Part shown: positions 50,014 to 60,173 of the stretch, piece after piece | Position numbering within the stretch: position 1 is the first letter of the stretch | How the letters are laid out: each line of letters opens with the position of its first letter | Source: Chloroflexota bacterium | GTDB taxonomy: Bacteria > Chloroflexota > UBA11872 > VXOZ01 | NCBI GenBank assembly: GCA_963663275.1 | Contig: OY760183.1 | Coordinates: 576,001-640,000, forward strand | Length of the DNA stretch: 64,000 nt | Direction of reading: 5' to 3' | Notes under the pieces: generated by a model | Databases searched by the model: none | What the model was told of the DNA's origin: nothing | Seen by the model: the letters and a program-made list of their open reading frames with translations, nothing else | Position numbers and translations under genes: made by a program

Positions 50014-50484
50014 ATGGCAGACAAGAAACCGCCGAAACGCATTCTGGTGGTTGGCGGCCCCAACCTCAACCTCTTCGGACGCCGCCAGCCGGAGATCTAC
50101 GGCACGGTGACGCTGAATCAGATTCACGCGCAGGTAACGAAAGAGGGCGAAAAGCTCGGCTTCGACGTGGTCTGCTTCCAGTCCAACCACGAAGGCGCGG
50201 TGCTCGACTTCCTGCACGAGAACATCGACAACGCCCAAGGCGCGCTGCTGAATCCGGCCGGCCTCACCCAGTACAGCCCTTCGCTCTTCGACGCGCTGAA
50301 AGCCATGCCGTTTCCGGTGATCGAGGTGCACCTTTCCAACCTGTACGCGCGGGAAGCCTGGCGCGGCCACTCCATCATCTCCGCGGCGGCGCGCGGCGTG
50401 GTGCAAGGCTTCGGCTGGTACGGCTACGTCGTGGCGCTCCACGGCCTGGTGGGGTTGATCAACGAGGTCCAGCCCGACGCGTGA
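50014..50484 (+). CDS. aroQ: Type II 3-dehydroquinate dehydratase
   Basis: GPNLNLFGRRQPEIYG, QSNHEG, NPAGLT and EVHLSN motifs. Confidence 0.93.
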   Translation: MADKKPPKRILVVGGPNLNLFGRRQPEIYGTVTLNQIHAQVTKEGEKLGFDVVCFQSNHEGAVLDFLHENIDNAQGALLNPAGLTQYSPSLFDALKAMPFPVIEVHLSNLYAREAWRGHSIISAAARGVVQGFGWYGYVVALHGLVGLINEVQPDA

Positions 50485-50499
50485 GCGGCAACGTTCCTG

Positions 50500-51294
50500 C
50501 TACCGCCACACCGGGCCTTTCTCGAACATGCCCGGTTGTTGTTGCGCGCCGTCCACCGGGACATTCGCGCCGTTGATCCAGCTTCCGGCGGGTGACGCCA
50601 CGAAGACGATCGCCCGCGCCACTTCCTCCGGTGTGCCCAGGCGGCCCAGCGGAAATTCCTCGGTCTCGAACTTGCCGAACCCCTCCGGGTCTTCCTGTTG
50701 GCGCTGCCCCCAGCCGCCGCCGGGAAAGAGGATGGAGCCGGGGCTGACCGTATTCACGCGGATGTTGTCCGGCCCCAGTTCCATGGCCAGCGCGCCGCTC
50801 ACGAACACTTCCGCCGCCTTGGCCGCGCCGTACTGGCTGCCGGGGGCCGGTTTCAGGCCCGAAATAGACGAAATCACCACGATCGAGCCGCCGCCGCGCC
50901 GCCGCATGTGGGGCGCCGCCGCGCGGGACGTACGCACGGCGTGAAAGAGGTTCAGGTCGAACGTGCCGAACCATTCCTCGTCGGTAGAGCCCAATAACCC
51001 CTTGCCCACCGAGCCGCCGACGTTGTTGATGAGGATGTCGATGCCGCCCAGCGCCTCGGCGCCAGACTCTATGAACGCCTCCACCTCCGTACGCTTGGTC
51101 ACGTCCACGGCCATGCCGAAGGCGTTTACGCCATGCGCGCGAATTTCCGCCAACGTCTCTTCCAAGGTTTCGCTGCCGCGGGCGCAGATGGCGACGTCCG
51201 CGCCTTCCGCCGCGAACGTGAGCGCCGTGGAGCGGCCGATACCGCGGCTGCCGCCGGTGACCACGGCTACCTTTCCCGCCAGGCCAAGATCCAT
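50500..51294 (-). CDS. SDR family oxidoreductase
   Basis: TGGSRGIG, NNVG and YGAAK motifs. Confidence 0.92.
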   Translation of the reverse strand: MDLGLAGKVAVVTGGSRGIGRSTALTFAAEGADVAICARGSETLEETLAEIRAHGVNAFGMAVDVTKRTEVEAFIESGAEALGGIDILINNVGGSVGKGLLGSTDEEWFGTFDLNLFHAVRTSRAAAPHMRRRGGGSIVVISSISGLKPAPGSQYGAAKAAEVFVSGALAMELGPDNIRVNTVSPGSILFPGGGWGQRQQEDPEGFGKFETEEFPLGRLGTPEEVARAIVFVASPAGSWINGANVPVDGAQQQPGMFEKGPVWR

Positions 51295-51300
51295 TGGCTG

Positions 51301-51789
51301 TTACCTTCGTCCGGATTCGCCCGCGGCCTGCTCTAGCGCGCCCGTGGCATTCTCCGTCATCTTTTCCACGAACGCCATCAGGCCGGTAAGCTCTTCCGCG
51401 CTCACATTGCGTATGATATTGGTGTAGTGCTCTCCCACGCTCTCCATGAGTTCGGTCGCCATGGCCCGGCCTTCCTCGGTCATCTCCACCCGCACCACGC
51501 GCCGGTCCGTTCTGAGGCGCACCTTGCGGACCAGGCCCCGGTCTTCGAGTTTGGACACCATGCGGCTGATGCGCCCGGCGTCCACGGGGACGTGCTGCGT
51601 GAGGCCCGAAACGGTGACCGGCTCGTTGGCGAAGCAGGCCGTGAGCACCGCGTAGTCCACCACGGCAAGGTCATACGGCAACAGCCGTTCCTCGATCCCT
51701 CTGAACAGGATGTTTACCAGATTCGTCACGCCGCCTTGCAGTATGGCAATCTGCGATTCCAGCGACTGTTCCTGGGTCGGATCACTCAT
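51301..51789 (-). CDS. MarR family regulator
   Basis: ISRMVSKLEDRGLV...DRRVVRVEMTEEG motif. Confidence 0.88.
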   Translation of the reverse strand: MSDPTQEQSLESQIAILQGGVTNLVNILFRGIEERLLPYDLAVVDYAVLTACFANEPVTVSGLTQHVPVDAGRISRMVSKLEDRGLVRKVRLRTDRRVVRVEMTEEGRAMATELMESVGEHYTNIIRNVSAEELTGLMAFVEKMTENATGALEQAAGESGRR

Positions 51790-51814
51790 CTTTGAATGCG
51801 TCTCTTCTCCCTCC

Positions 51815-52125
51815 CAAGACCTTTGCGTAACTCCGTCTTTCCGGCGGAAGCCGGAATCCAGGGCGCCTTTACAACTAAAGATAGCATGACGTCGGTTTTC
51901 TACCCCCCCCGCGATGGGCTGATAGGGGTAGGCATTCTATGATCGATTTCACGTGTCATTCCGAACGGAGCGCAGCGGAGAGTCGCTAAAAGCGCGGAAT
52001 CTAAGGCGTTACCCTGCAATATCATCATTCTTGGATTCCTCGAAATCTGTTCGACGCTCCGCTCGGTATGACACTCTCATACCCTTATCAGCCCTCGATG
52101 GGGAAGGAGTTATGCAAAAGTCTCC
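51815..52125. mobile_element. MITE family A copy (inverted) with nested family B element (51918-52092)
   Basis: CAAGACCTTTGCGTAAC...GTTATGCAAAAGTCTCC with TCC duplicated; inner GCTGATAGGGGTA...TACCCTTATCAGC flanked by CCGCGATGG/CCTCGATGG. Confidence 0.7.
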
Positions 52126-52284
52126 TCCCGGACAGTGCAGGCGCGGATCGCGCCGGGCGCGCCATGCCGGGCGCGCCATGCCGCCCGCTTCCGCCGGCAA
52201 AGCGCCAGCGCCTTCACAGCAACTTCACAGCGCCTTCATACCGGCTTCACAACGCCTCAGCACCGCCCTAGCAACGCTTTCGAG

Positions 52285-52755
52285 TTACACGCCCCTGACG
52301 CCGGTTGTGCCTTCGCCTGCCTCGATCATCTTCTCCATCACGGCTATGGAACCGGCCAACTCCCCGTGGTCGATGTCCCGCACCAGCAAGGCGTAGTATG
52401 CCTGCACGCGCTCCACCAGCGCGGGCATGATCGCGCGGCCCTCGTCCGTCACCCGCAGGTGGACTATGCGCCGGTCTCTCCTGATGCGCACCTTTTCCAT
52501 CAGGCCCCGCTGCTCCAGGCGGCCCACTACGCGGTTGATCTGATTGGGGTCGACGGGGACGAGACCCCTCAGGTCCCTGAACGTGATCTGTCCCGCAGTG
52601 AAGCAGGCGGAGAGAATCGTGTACTCCACCGCGTCGACACCGTAGGGAGACAGTTGCTCCTTGAGTCCCGCCACAAGGACGTGAACTAGGTTGGCCAAGT
52701 CGCCTTGCAGCCGCGCAACTCGTCGCTCCATCAATTGGTCCGGCAGTTCGCTCAT
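52285..52755 (-). CDS. MarR family regulator (paralog of 51301-51789)
   Basis: INRVVGRLEQRGL...DRRIVHLRVTDEG; colinear with neighbour. Confidence 0.88.
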   Translation of the reverse strand: MSELPDQLMERRVARLQGDLANLVHVLVAGLKEQLSPYGVDAVEYTILSACFTAGQITFRDLRGLVPVDPNQINRVVGRLEQRGLMEKVRIRRDRRIVHLRVTDEGRAIMPALVERVQAYYALLVRDIDHGELAGSIAVMEKMIEAGEGTTGVRGV

Positions 52756-52964
52756 GTTTCGTGGTTTGCCCGGTATCCGGCCTTCTCCGTTGGTTGCGGC
52801 CTGCGTAATTGTACTCTATTTGGGCATCGGATTGATAGCACCGCTCCATCCTCTTGCCGGCGGCGGCCGCAAGCGCCCGAAACTACCGCTCTCCGCAGCC
52901 GCGCGTCATTCGCCGCCCCGCCCCCGGCGCGGGCACGATCCCCGCAATTGGGCAAGGCGACGGC

Positions 52965-54044
52965 CTACCCGATGCGCTCCAGCACGGCCTCGCCCATCTC
53001 CCGCGTGCCGGCCGCGCGCTCGCCGGGCGCGCCGCGGGCCAGGTCCGGCGTGCGGTAGCCGGCCGCCAGCACGTCTTCCACCGCGTTTTCAACCGCCGTT
53101 GCTTCTTGCTCCAGGCCCAGCGAGTGGCGCAGCAGCATTGCAACGGAGAGAATAGCCGCCAGCGGGTTCGCCTTGTCCTGGCCGACGATGTCCGGCGCGG
53201 TGCCGTGCACCGGCTCGTAGAGGCCGCGCCGTCCCCGGCCCAGGCTGGCGCTGGGCAACATGCCCAGGCTGCCGGCCAGCACCGAGGCCTCGTCGGAGAG
53301 GATGTCGCCAAACATGTTCTCGGTCACCAGCACGTCGAACCGGCGCGGGTCGTTGATCAGGTGCATGGCGCAGGCGTCCACCAAAATGTGCTCGACGGTA
53401 ACATCGGGGTACTCTTCCGCCACCCGTTCCGCGATCTCGCGCCACAAGCCGCTGCTGGCCAGCACGTTCGCCTTGTCCACGGACGCCAGTTGCTTCCGGC
53501 GTTGGCGCGCCAGGTCGAACCCCATGCGAATGATGCGTTCCATCTCAGCGCTGGTATAAGCGAGCGTGTCTTTGACGCGAATGCCCTGCTTGTTCGCGCT
53601 GCGCCCGCGCGGGCGGCCAAAGTAGAGCCCGCCGGTGAGTTCGCGCAGCACCAGCAGGTCCGTGCCGTCCACGATCTCGCGCTTCAGCGGCGAGGAATCC
53701 AACAGCGCGGCAATTGCCTTTACCGGCCGCAGGTTGGCGTAGAGGCGCAACTCCTTGCGCAGGCGCAGCAAGCCGTATTCCGGCCGCGCTTCCGGCGGCC
53801 CCACGTCCCACTTGGGACCGCCCACCGCGCCGACGAAGACGGCGTCCGCCTGCTTGCAAATGGCCAGCGATTCATCCGGCAGGGGCGTGCCGGTGGCGTC
53901 GATGGCGTTGCCGCCGATGCTCCCTGAATGCGCCTGAAACGTGTGACTGTACGTTGCCGCCACGTGCTGGAGCACGCGCGCGCCCCAAGCCACCACTTCC
54001 ACACCGATCCCGTCACCGGGCAATACCGCAATGTTTGCCTTCAT
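52965..54044 (-). CDS. leuB: 3-isopropylmalate dehydrogenase
   Basis: [43 protein letters not shown] and EPVHG motifs. Confidence 0.96.
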   Translation of the reverse strand: MKANIAVLPGDGIGVEVVAWGARVLQHVAATYSHTFQAHSGSIGGNAIDATGTPLPDESLAICKQADAVFVGAVGGPKWDVGPPEARPEYGLLRLRKELRLYANLRPVKAIAALLDSSPLKREIVDGTDLLVLRELTGGLYFGRPRGRSANKQGIRVKDTLAYTSAEMERIIRMGFDLARQRRKQLASVDKANVLASSGLWREIAERVAEEYPDVTVEHILVDACAMHLINDPRRFDVLVTENMFGDILSDEASVLAGSLGMLPSASLGRGRRGLYEPVHGTAPDIVGQDKANPLAAILSVAMLLRHSLGLEQEATAVENAVEDVLAAGYRTPDLARGAPGERAAGTREMGEAVLERIG

Positions 54045-54540
54045 GTACCTCTCCACGCTGTGGTTACCTGCGGGGGACAAGCCCCCGCGCTACGTTCCTT
54101 GTCCGGTTCAACACCGCTGCGCCAATGGTCAGGAGGCCGGTAGCGCAGGTTTGTAACCTGCGTCCCCCGTCGTCCCGCTGGACCTATCCGCAATTCGGTT
54201 GCGGGGGACAAGCCCCCGCGCTACGGTTTACCGTCTGCCAAGCGCCTTACCGGCGCGCCCCGCTCCCCATAGTACCCAGCGCGGTGGCAGAACGCTAGAG
54301 CGGCCATGTTGCCCGCGGCCGCGTTAGCGGCGCGCCTGGCCGTGCCGCGCAGTTGTGTGGGGATACGTGCCATCCATAGGCATGGCAAACGGCCGCCGCC
54401 CAGCATCCGGACGACCGACCTTCCTTGACGCGCAACGCCGGCGCGTTCATCATGATGATAGACGTTCGGCTGACGGGTATCCGGCACGCCGGCGTTCGGT
54501 TTTCTCAGAAGCGCCTACGGCAGCATATCCCCTTTCCCTT

Positions 54541-56199
54541 ATGTCAGCGGAAAACACGCTTCGCATCATCCCCTTGGGCGGCTTGGGCGAAATTGCCAAG
54601 AACTGCATGGCCCTGGAGTACGGTGACGACATCATCCTCATCGACGCCGGCGTCATGTTTCCTGAAGACGAGATGCTGGGCATCGACCTGGTAATCCCCG
54701 ACATCTCCTATCTGGAAGACAAGCGGGACCGGCTCCGCGCCATCATCATCACCCACGGGCACGAGGACCACACCGGCGCGTTGCCCTACTTCCTGCGCAC
54801 GCTCAACGCGCCCATCTACGGTACACGGCTCACCCTCGGCCTGCTGGAGGTCAAGCTGAAGGAGCACGGCCTGGAGGAACAAGTGCGGCTGCGGGAGATA
54901 GCCCCCGGCGACCAGATAACGCTGGGCCCCTTCCGCTTCGAGTTCTTCCATATGTGCCACAGCATCCCGGACGGCGTCGGCATGGCGATCTATACGCCCG
55001 TCGGCCTGGTGGTGCACTCCGGCGACTTCAAGTTCGACTACACGCCGGTGGACGGCGAGCTTTCCGACATCTGGCGGCTGGCGAAGTACGCGCAGGAAGG
55101 CGTGCGGCTGCTGCTCTCCGACAGCACCCGCGCCGACCGTCCCGGCTACACGCCCTCCGAGCGCGTGATCTACGACTGCTTCGCGGAGGTATTCGCGGAA
55201 GCCCGCGGCCGCATCATCGTCACCACCTTCGCCTCGCTCATCTCCCGCGTGCAGCAGGTGGTGGATACCGCCGCCGACTTCAACCGCAGCGTCTGCGTGA
55301 CCGGCCGCAATATGGTGCAGAACGTGAACATGGCGCTGCAATTGGGGTATCTGGACATGCCGGCCAACATGCTGGTGCGCCCGGACCGCCTGCACGAGTT
55401 CGATACCGACGAGGTGGTTATCATCACCACCGGCAGCCAGGGCGAGCCGACCTCCGCCCTGGGCCGCATCGCCAACCGCGACCATCGGCAAATCAACGTG
55501 GAAACCGACGATACGGTCATCATCTCCGCCAGTCCCATACCCGGCAACGAGGCGCTGGTGGCGAAGACCATCGACAAGCTCTTCCGCCAAGGGGCCGACG
55601 TGCTCTACGACAAGGTGGCCAACGTCCACGTTTCCGGCCACGGCGCGCAGGAGGAACTCAAGACCCTGATCAGCATCCTGCGCCCGGAAGCGTTCATTCC
55701 CATTCACGGCGGCTACCAGCACCTGATGCACCACGCGCGCCTGGCCGGCGAACTGGGCGTGGATAGCGAGAACATCATCGTGGCCGAAGACGGCGACATC
55801 ATCGAACTGACCGCGGACGAGATTCGCAAGGTAGACCGCGTGCAGGCCGGCTACGTGTTCGTGGACGGCCTCGGCGTGGGCGACGTGAGCGATAGCGTCT
55901 TGCGCGACCGCCGGCACCTCTCCCAGGACGGCATCTTCATCGTGGTCGTCGCCATCGACCGCGAGACCGGCCACGTGCTCTCCGGCCCGGACATCATCTC
56001 GCGCGGGTTCATGCAGGAGGGCCTGGAGATGCTGATTGAAAAAGCCCGCCAACGCCTGTATAATAGTCTGGAAGCCGATCTCGGCCCCCGCGCCGAGATT
56101 CGCCAGGTCCAGGAACGCATCCGCGACGTGGTTTCACGCTTCCTCTACGCCGAAACCCGCCGCCGGCCAATGGTCCTCCCCGTTGTAACCGAAGTGTAG
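54541..56199 (+). CDS. rnj: Ribonuclease J
   Basis: PLGGLGEI, THGHEDH, HSIPD, GDFK, TGSQGEP and HVSGH motifs. Confidence 0.96.
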   Translation: MSAENTLRIIPLGGLGEIAKNCMALEYGDDIILIDAGVMFPEDEMLGIDLVIPDISYLEDKRDRLRAIIITHGHEDHTGALPYFLRTLNAPIYGTRLTLGLLEVKLKEHGLEEQVRLREIAPGDQITLGPFRFEFFHMCHSIPDGVGMAIYTPVGLVVHSGDFKFDYTPVDGELSDIWRLAKYAQEGVRLLLSDSTRADRPGYTPSERVIYDCFAEVFAEARGRIIVTTFASLISRVQQVVDTAADFNRSVCVTGRNMVQNVNMALQLGYLDMPANMLVRPDRLHEFDTDEVVIITTGSQGEPTSALGRIANRDHRQINVETDDTVIISASPIPGNEALVAKTIDKLFRQGADVLYDKVANVHVSGHGAQEELKTLISILRPEAFIPIHGGYQHLMHHARLAGELGVDSENIIVAEDGDIIELTADEIRKVDRVQAGYVFVDGLGVGDVSDSVLRDRRHLSQDGIFIVVVAIDRETGHVLSGPDIISRGFMQEGLEMLIEKARQRLYNSLEADLGPRAEIRQVQERIRDVVSRFLYAETRRRPMVLPVVTEV

Positions 56200-56606
56200 T
56201 ACGTACCATCTTGTCCGCCGGACGGTTTTTCCGATAGGTGTTTGTTCGACTGGCATTTGCCCGTCGTGCATTCGTCCGTCCGGCAGTAGTTCGTCTGGCG
56301 TTTGTCAGCCGAGCAGCTAGTCCTTTGGGCGCTTGTCGGTGAGAGGCTTTGTCCGCCAAGAGTCTTGTCCGTCGTGCCTTTGCCCGCCGGGCGCTTGTCC
56401 TTCAGGCGTTTGCCGGGCCAGCGGAAACCGTTCGCGCTGAGCGCTTCGGCAGGCTCAGTACAGGCCCGTCGAAGCATGAACGGTTTCGAAGACGGTTCAC
56501 CGGTCCTTTTCATCCTCCTGAGCGCAGTTCTCCGCCCGCATCGCTTCACGCCTATCGTCCTTTCATCGTACCCGCACCCTAACCGCCAGCCATAAGGAGT
56601 CAGCCT

Positions 56607-58988
56607 ATGGCGTCCCGTTCCAGCGCCGCAAGCCGCAAGTCCTCGTCCAGTAAATCGCGCCTGCCGTTCCCCTCATTGAGCCTGCCCTCGCCGCTGCGGC
56701 GGGAAGTGTTTGGCGTGCTCAGCATCGTGGTTGGCCTGCTCTCGGCCATTGCGCTCATCTCGCCCAGCGGCACGGTGAGCGGTTGGTGGCACGGCCAACT
56801 CACCGGCCTCTTCGGCTGGATGGCGCCGCTGCCCGCGCTGGCCGCCGTCGTGCTGGGCGTGCAACTCATACGCGACGGCATCCGCCAGGAACGCTCCGTG
56901 CGCTGGGAGACCCTGACCGCGCTGGTGGTGCTGGTGCTGGCCTCCACGGCGTTCGCGCAGTCGCTGGCCGGCCCGCCGGAGATGGCGGCAAACTATCCGG
57001 TCGGCGGCGCCGTTGCCCTGAACATCCTCGCCCCGCTCACTACCGCGCTGGGCTTTGCCGGGGCCGTTATTGTGCTCTTCGCCTTGCTGCTCGTTACCAC
57101 CATCATCACGTTTTCGATCTCGCTGGGCAGGATTCGCGGCGCGTTCCTTGCCTGCGTCTGGCGCCCGCTGGGGTTGCTGGGCAAGGGCGCGGCGGCGGTG
57201 TTCCGCGCAGCCGGCGGCGCCTACCGCCGCGCCGACGAGCAAGCGGCCGAACCCCCGCAACCGGAAACGCCCCAGCCCCGCGCCATTCCCGTGCGCTTAG
57301 CCGCCAGCGCGGCCGCCGCGCCGCCCACGGCGCTTGAGGACGAGGACTCCCCGCCCGCGGCGGCAGACGACGCCTTGGACGAAGACGTGGATTTCATCCA
57401 GGATGAGGATTTCGTCCAAGACGCCGCCATGATGGATGCGGAAGAGGAAGACGCGCCGCCGCGCTGGCAGTTGCCGCCGCCGGAACTGCTGACGCCCGCG
57501 GCGGCCAACCACGACGCGGAAGAGGCCACCCAGGAAATCGAGCAACGGGCGCTCATCATCGAGGAAGCCTTGCGCAGTTTCAAGGTGGTGGCGGAAGTGG
57601 CCGAGGCCATCCGCGGCCCGGCCGTTACCCAATACCGCCTGACGTTGGGACAGGGCGTCAAAGTGAGCCGGGTGGTGAATCTCGCCAACGACCTGGCGTT
57701 AGCCTTGGCCGCCACCAGCGTGCGCATCGAAGCGCCGGTGCCCGGCTTTCCGTTCGTCGGCATCGAGATTCCCAACCACTACACCACCATCGTCACCATG
57801 CGCGAGTTCATGACCGACGCCGCCTTCGCGGAGCACAAGGGCATGTTGCCCCTGGCCCTGGGGCGCGACGTGGCCAACGACGTGCGCGTGACGGACCTGG
57901 CCACCATGCCCCACCTGCTGATTGCCGGTTCCACGGGTTCCGGCAAGTCGGCCTGCGTGAACGCCATCATCTGCTCCCTGCTGATGCAGCACACGCCGGA
58001 GACGCTGCGCTTCCTGGTGGTGGACCCCAAAATGGTGGAGATGATCGGCTACAGCGACATTCCCCACCTGCTGCGCCCGGTGATTACCGACCTGGACGAG
58101 GTGGTGCCGACCCTCATGTGGGCCGCCGACGAGATGACCCGCCGCTACAAGGTGCTGGCGCAGGAGGGCTTCCGCAATATCCAGACCTACAACGCCGCCA
58201 AGCAAGAGGCCGGCGAAGAACCCATGCACTACCTGGTCATCCTGATCGACGAACTGGCCGACCTGATGATGACGGCCGCCGGCGACGTGGAGAAATACCT
58301 CTGCCGCCTGGCGCAGATGGCGCGCGCGGTGGGCATCCACCTGGTGGTTTCCACGCAGCGCCCCTCGGTGGACGTGCTCACCGGCCTCATCAAGGCCAAC
58401 TTCCCCTGCCGCATTGCTTTCGCGGTCAGTTCCCAGGCCGATTCGCGCACCATTCTCGACGGTGGCGGCGCGGAGAAGCTCATCGGCCAGGGCGACATGC
58501 TCTTCGCGCCGAAAGAGGCTACCCGCCTCACCCGTATCCAGGGCACCTACCTGGACGACGACGAGATCAACCGCATCGTGGAGTTCTGGCGGGCGCAGGG
58601 CGCGCCGGAATACATCCCGGAGAAGTCTTTCGAGGAAGCCGCAGCCAACCACCAGGATAACAAGGACGACGATCTGGTGCGCCAGGCCATCCGGCTGGTC
58701 TCGCAATACGACAACGCTTCGGCCTCTTTCCTCCAACGCCAACTGGGCATCGGCGCGACCAAGGCGAACCGCATCCTGGATACGCTGGAAGAACGCGGCA
58801 TCGTGACCCCGCCGGAAGGCGTGGGCCGCGTGCGCCACGTGCTCGTCTCCGCCAACGACCTGCTGGAAGACGACGAAACCGACGACTTCGACGACACCGA
58901 CGACACCACCACCGCGCCGCCCTTCACCCCGGACGACCCCGCAACCGCCGGCGCGAAGGACGAAGAGTTCTCCCGGTTCCCCGTGTAG
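56607..58988 (+). CDS. ftsK: DNA translocase FtsK/SpoIIIE
   Basis: N-terminal TMs; PHLLIAGSTGSGKS, IDELADLM, TQRPSVDV; gamma domain. Confidence 0.96.
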   Translation: MASRSSAASRKSSSSKSRLPFPSLSLPSPLRREVFGVLSIVVGLLSAIALISPSGTVSGWWHGQLTGLFGWMAPLPALAAVVLGVQLIRDGIRQERSVRWETLTALVVLVLASTAFAQSLAGPPEMAANYPVGGAVALNILAPLTTALGFAGAVIVLFALLLVTTIITFSISLGRIRGAFLACVWRPLGLLGKGAAAVFRAAGGAYRRADEQAAEPPQPETPQPRAIPVRLAASAAAAPPTALEDEDSPPAAADDALDEDVDFIQDEDFVQDAAMMDAEEEDAPPRWQLPPPELLTPAAANHDAEEATQEIEQRALIIEEALRSFKVVAEVAEAIRGPAVTQYRLTLGQGVKVSRVVNLANDLALALAATSVRIEAPVPGFPFVGIEIPNHYTTIVTMREFMTDAAFAEHKGMLPLALGRDVANDVRVTDLATMPHLLIAGSTGSGKSACVNAIICSLLMQHTPETLRFLVVDPKMVEMIGYSDIPHLLRPVITDLDEVVPTLMWAADEMTRRYKVLAQEGFRNIQTYNAAKQEAGEEPMHYLVILIDELADLMMTAAGDVEKYLCRLAQMARAVGIHLVVSTQRPSVDVLTGLIKANFPCRIAFAVSSQADSRTILDGGGAEKLIGQGDMLFAPKEATRLTRIQGTYLDDDEINRIVEFWRAQGAPEYIPEKSFEEAAANHQDNKDDDLVRQAIRLVSQYDNASASFLQRQLGIGATKANRILDTLEERGIVTPPEGVGRVRHVLVSANDLLEDDETDDFDDTDDTTTAPPFTPDDPATAGAKDEEFSRFPV

Positions 58989-58993
58989 CCGGC

Positions 58994-59270
58994 GTAGGGG
59001 CAGGCCTCGTGCCTGCCCGTCCTCACGGGACAGCAACCAAAGGGCAGGTACAAGACCTGCCCCTACGACCAACACCAGATTCCAGACCGGCGCTTTCCTT
59101 CCCGCGAGCTACGACCGCTGTAGGGGCAGGCCTCGTGCCTGCCCGATCTCGCCGAATCGCAACCAAAGGGCAGGTACAAGACCTGCCCCTACGACCAACA
59201 CCGATTCCAGACCGGCACCTTCCCACCCGTGCGCTGCCACCGCTGTAGGGGCAGGCCTCGTGCCTGCCCG
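58994..59270. repeat. REPIN-like array of GTAGGGGCAGGCCTCGTGCCTGCCC / GGGCAGGTACAAGACCTGCCCCTAC
   Basis: 2.5 units of about 125 bp with alternating inverted REPs. Confidence 0.88.
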
Positions 59271-59399
59271 TCCTCGCGCACGGGCGTTGCGTGCGGCGGG
59301 TATACTATACAAACAGCGCCTACCGCGTCAGAATACGCTCCACTATCCCCGCTGGCAGGCGCGCGCCAATTGGCGCCGCCCGTGAGGCCCGGCCAACCA

Positions 59400-60173
59400 A
59401 TGACCCCGCAACGCCTGAGCAAGAAGCAGACCGTCATCACCAAGCTCTACGCCGCCTGCAAAGAGCGCGGAGAGATGACGTTCGACAACGACGACGTCAA
59501 GCGGGTGTGCGCAGAGGTCGGCTTCGCCAATCCGTTCGACGCCACCAAATGGGATAACTCAGCCGCGCTTCCCACGGCCTTGGCGGCGGATGACGTCTTC
59601 GTCGTTCACCTCGGCAAAGGCCGGCACCGGTTCGTAGCGGGCATCGATATTGGGTATCATACATTTGAAGCGGTGCCGGAAAACCGCCGCTACCAATGGT
59701 ACTACCGGCGCAGCATGCTCAACAGCATCAACACCAGCGAGAGCAATATCCCGTATGAAGGGTACAATCAGCGAATTATTCACGACTTTCTCTATGGAGA
59801 TGTCACCGTTTCGCCGAACGTTCACTTCTCCAGCTACACGAAGTTTCCCTTCAGTTTTCGCATTGGTTCAGATGAAATTGCCGCCACTAGCGTACCGGTA
59901 GCGATTGACTTCACCGCAGAGCATCATGGCTCAGTCACCGTGTTCAAGGCACAGAATGGCGAACCTGCCGATTTCAACGTCTTCCGTCTGTATAACCCGT
60001 TTCGCTACTATGCGCGTGTCGCCGAAGACAAACCGGTTTCGGCAATACAGTGTTGCTACCTGCTGCGCAGAGATGAGCGTTTGCGGTTGTACCTCTATTC
60101 ATTTACCGACCCCCAAAGTCCTGAATCAATCCGGCTGGAACGCAACGCCGAGTACACTTTGGTTGAGCGATGA
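59400..60173 (+). CDS. Restriction endonuclease-like protein (DUF6997-like), apparently degenerate active site
   Basis: TK.D...LP, SES, ID...E, DF....LY.PFRYY; KAQ where EAK is expected; coupled to MTase. Confidence 0.55.
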   Translation: MTPQRLSKKQTVITKLYAACKERGEMTFDNDDVKRVCAEVGFANPFDATKWDNSAALPTALAADDVFVVHLGKGRHRFVAGIDIGYHTFEAVPENRRYQWYYRRSMLNSINTSESNIPYEGYNQRIIHDFLYGDVTVSPNVHFSSYTKFPFSFRIGSDEIAATSVPVAIDFTAEHHGSVTVFKAQNGEPADFNVFRLYNPFRYYARVAEDKPVSAIQCCYLLRRDERLRLYLYSFTDPQSPESIRLERNAEYTLVER

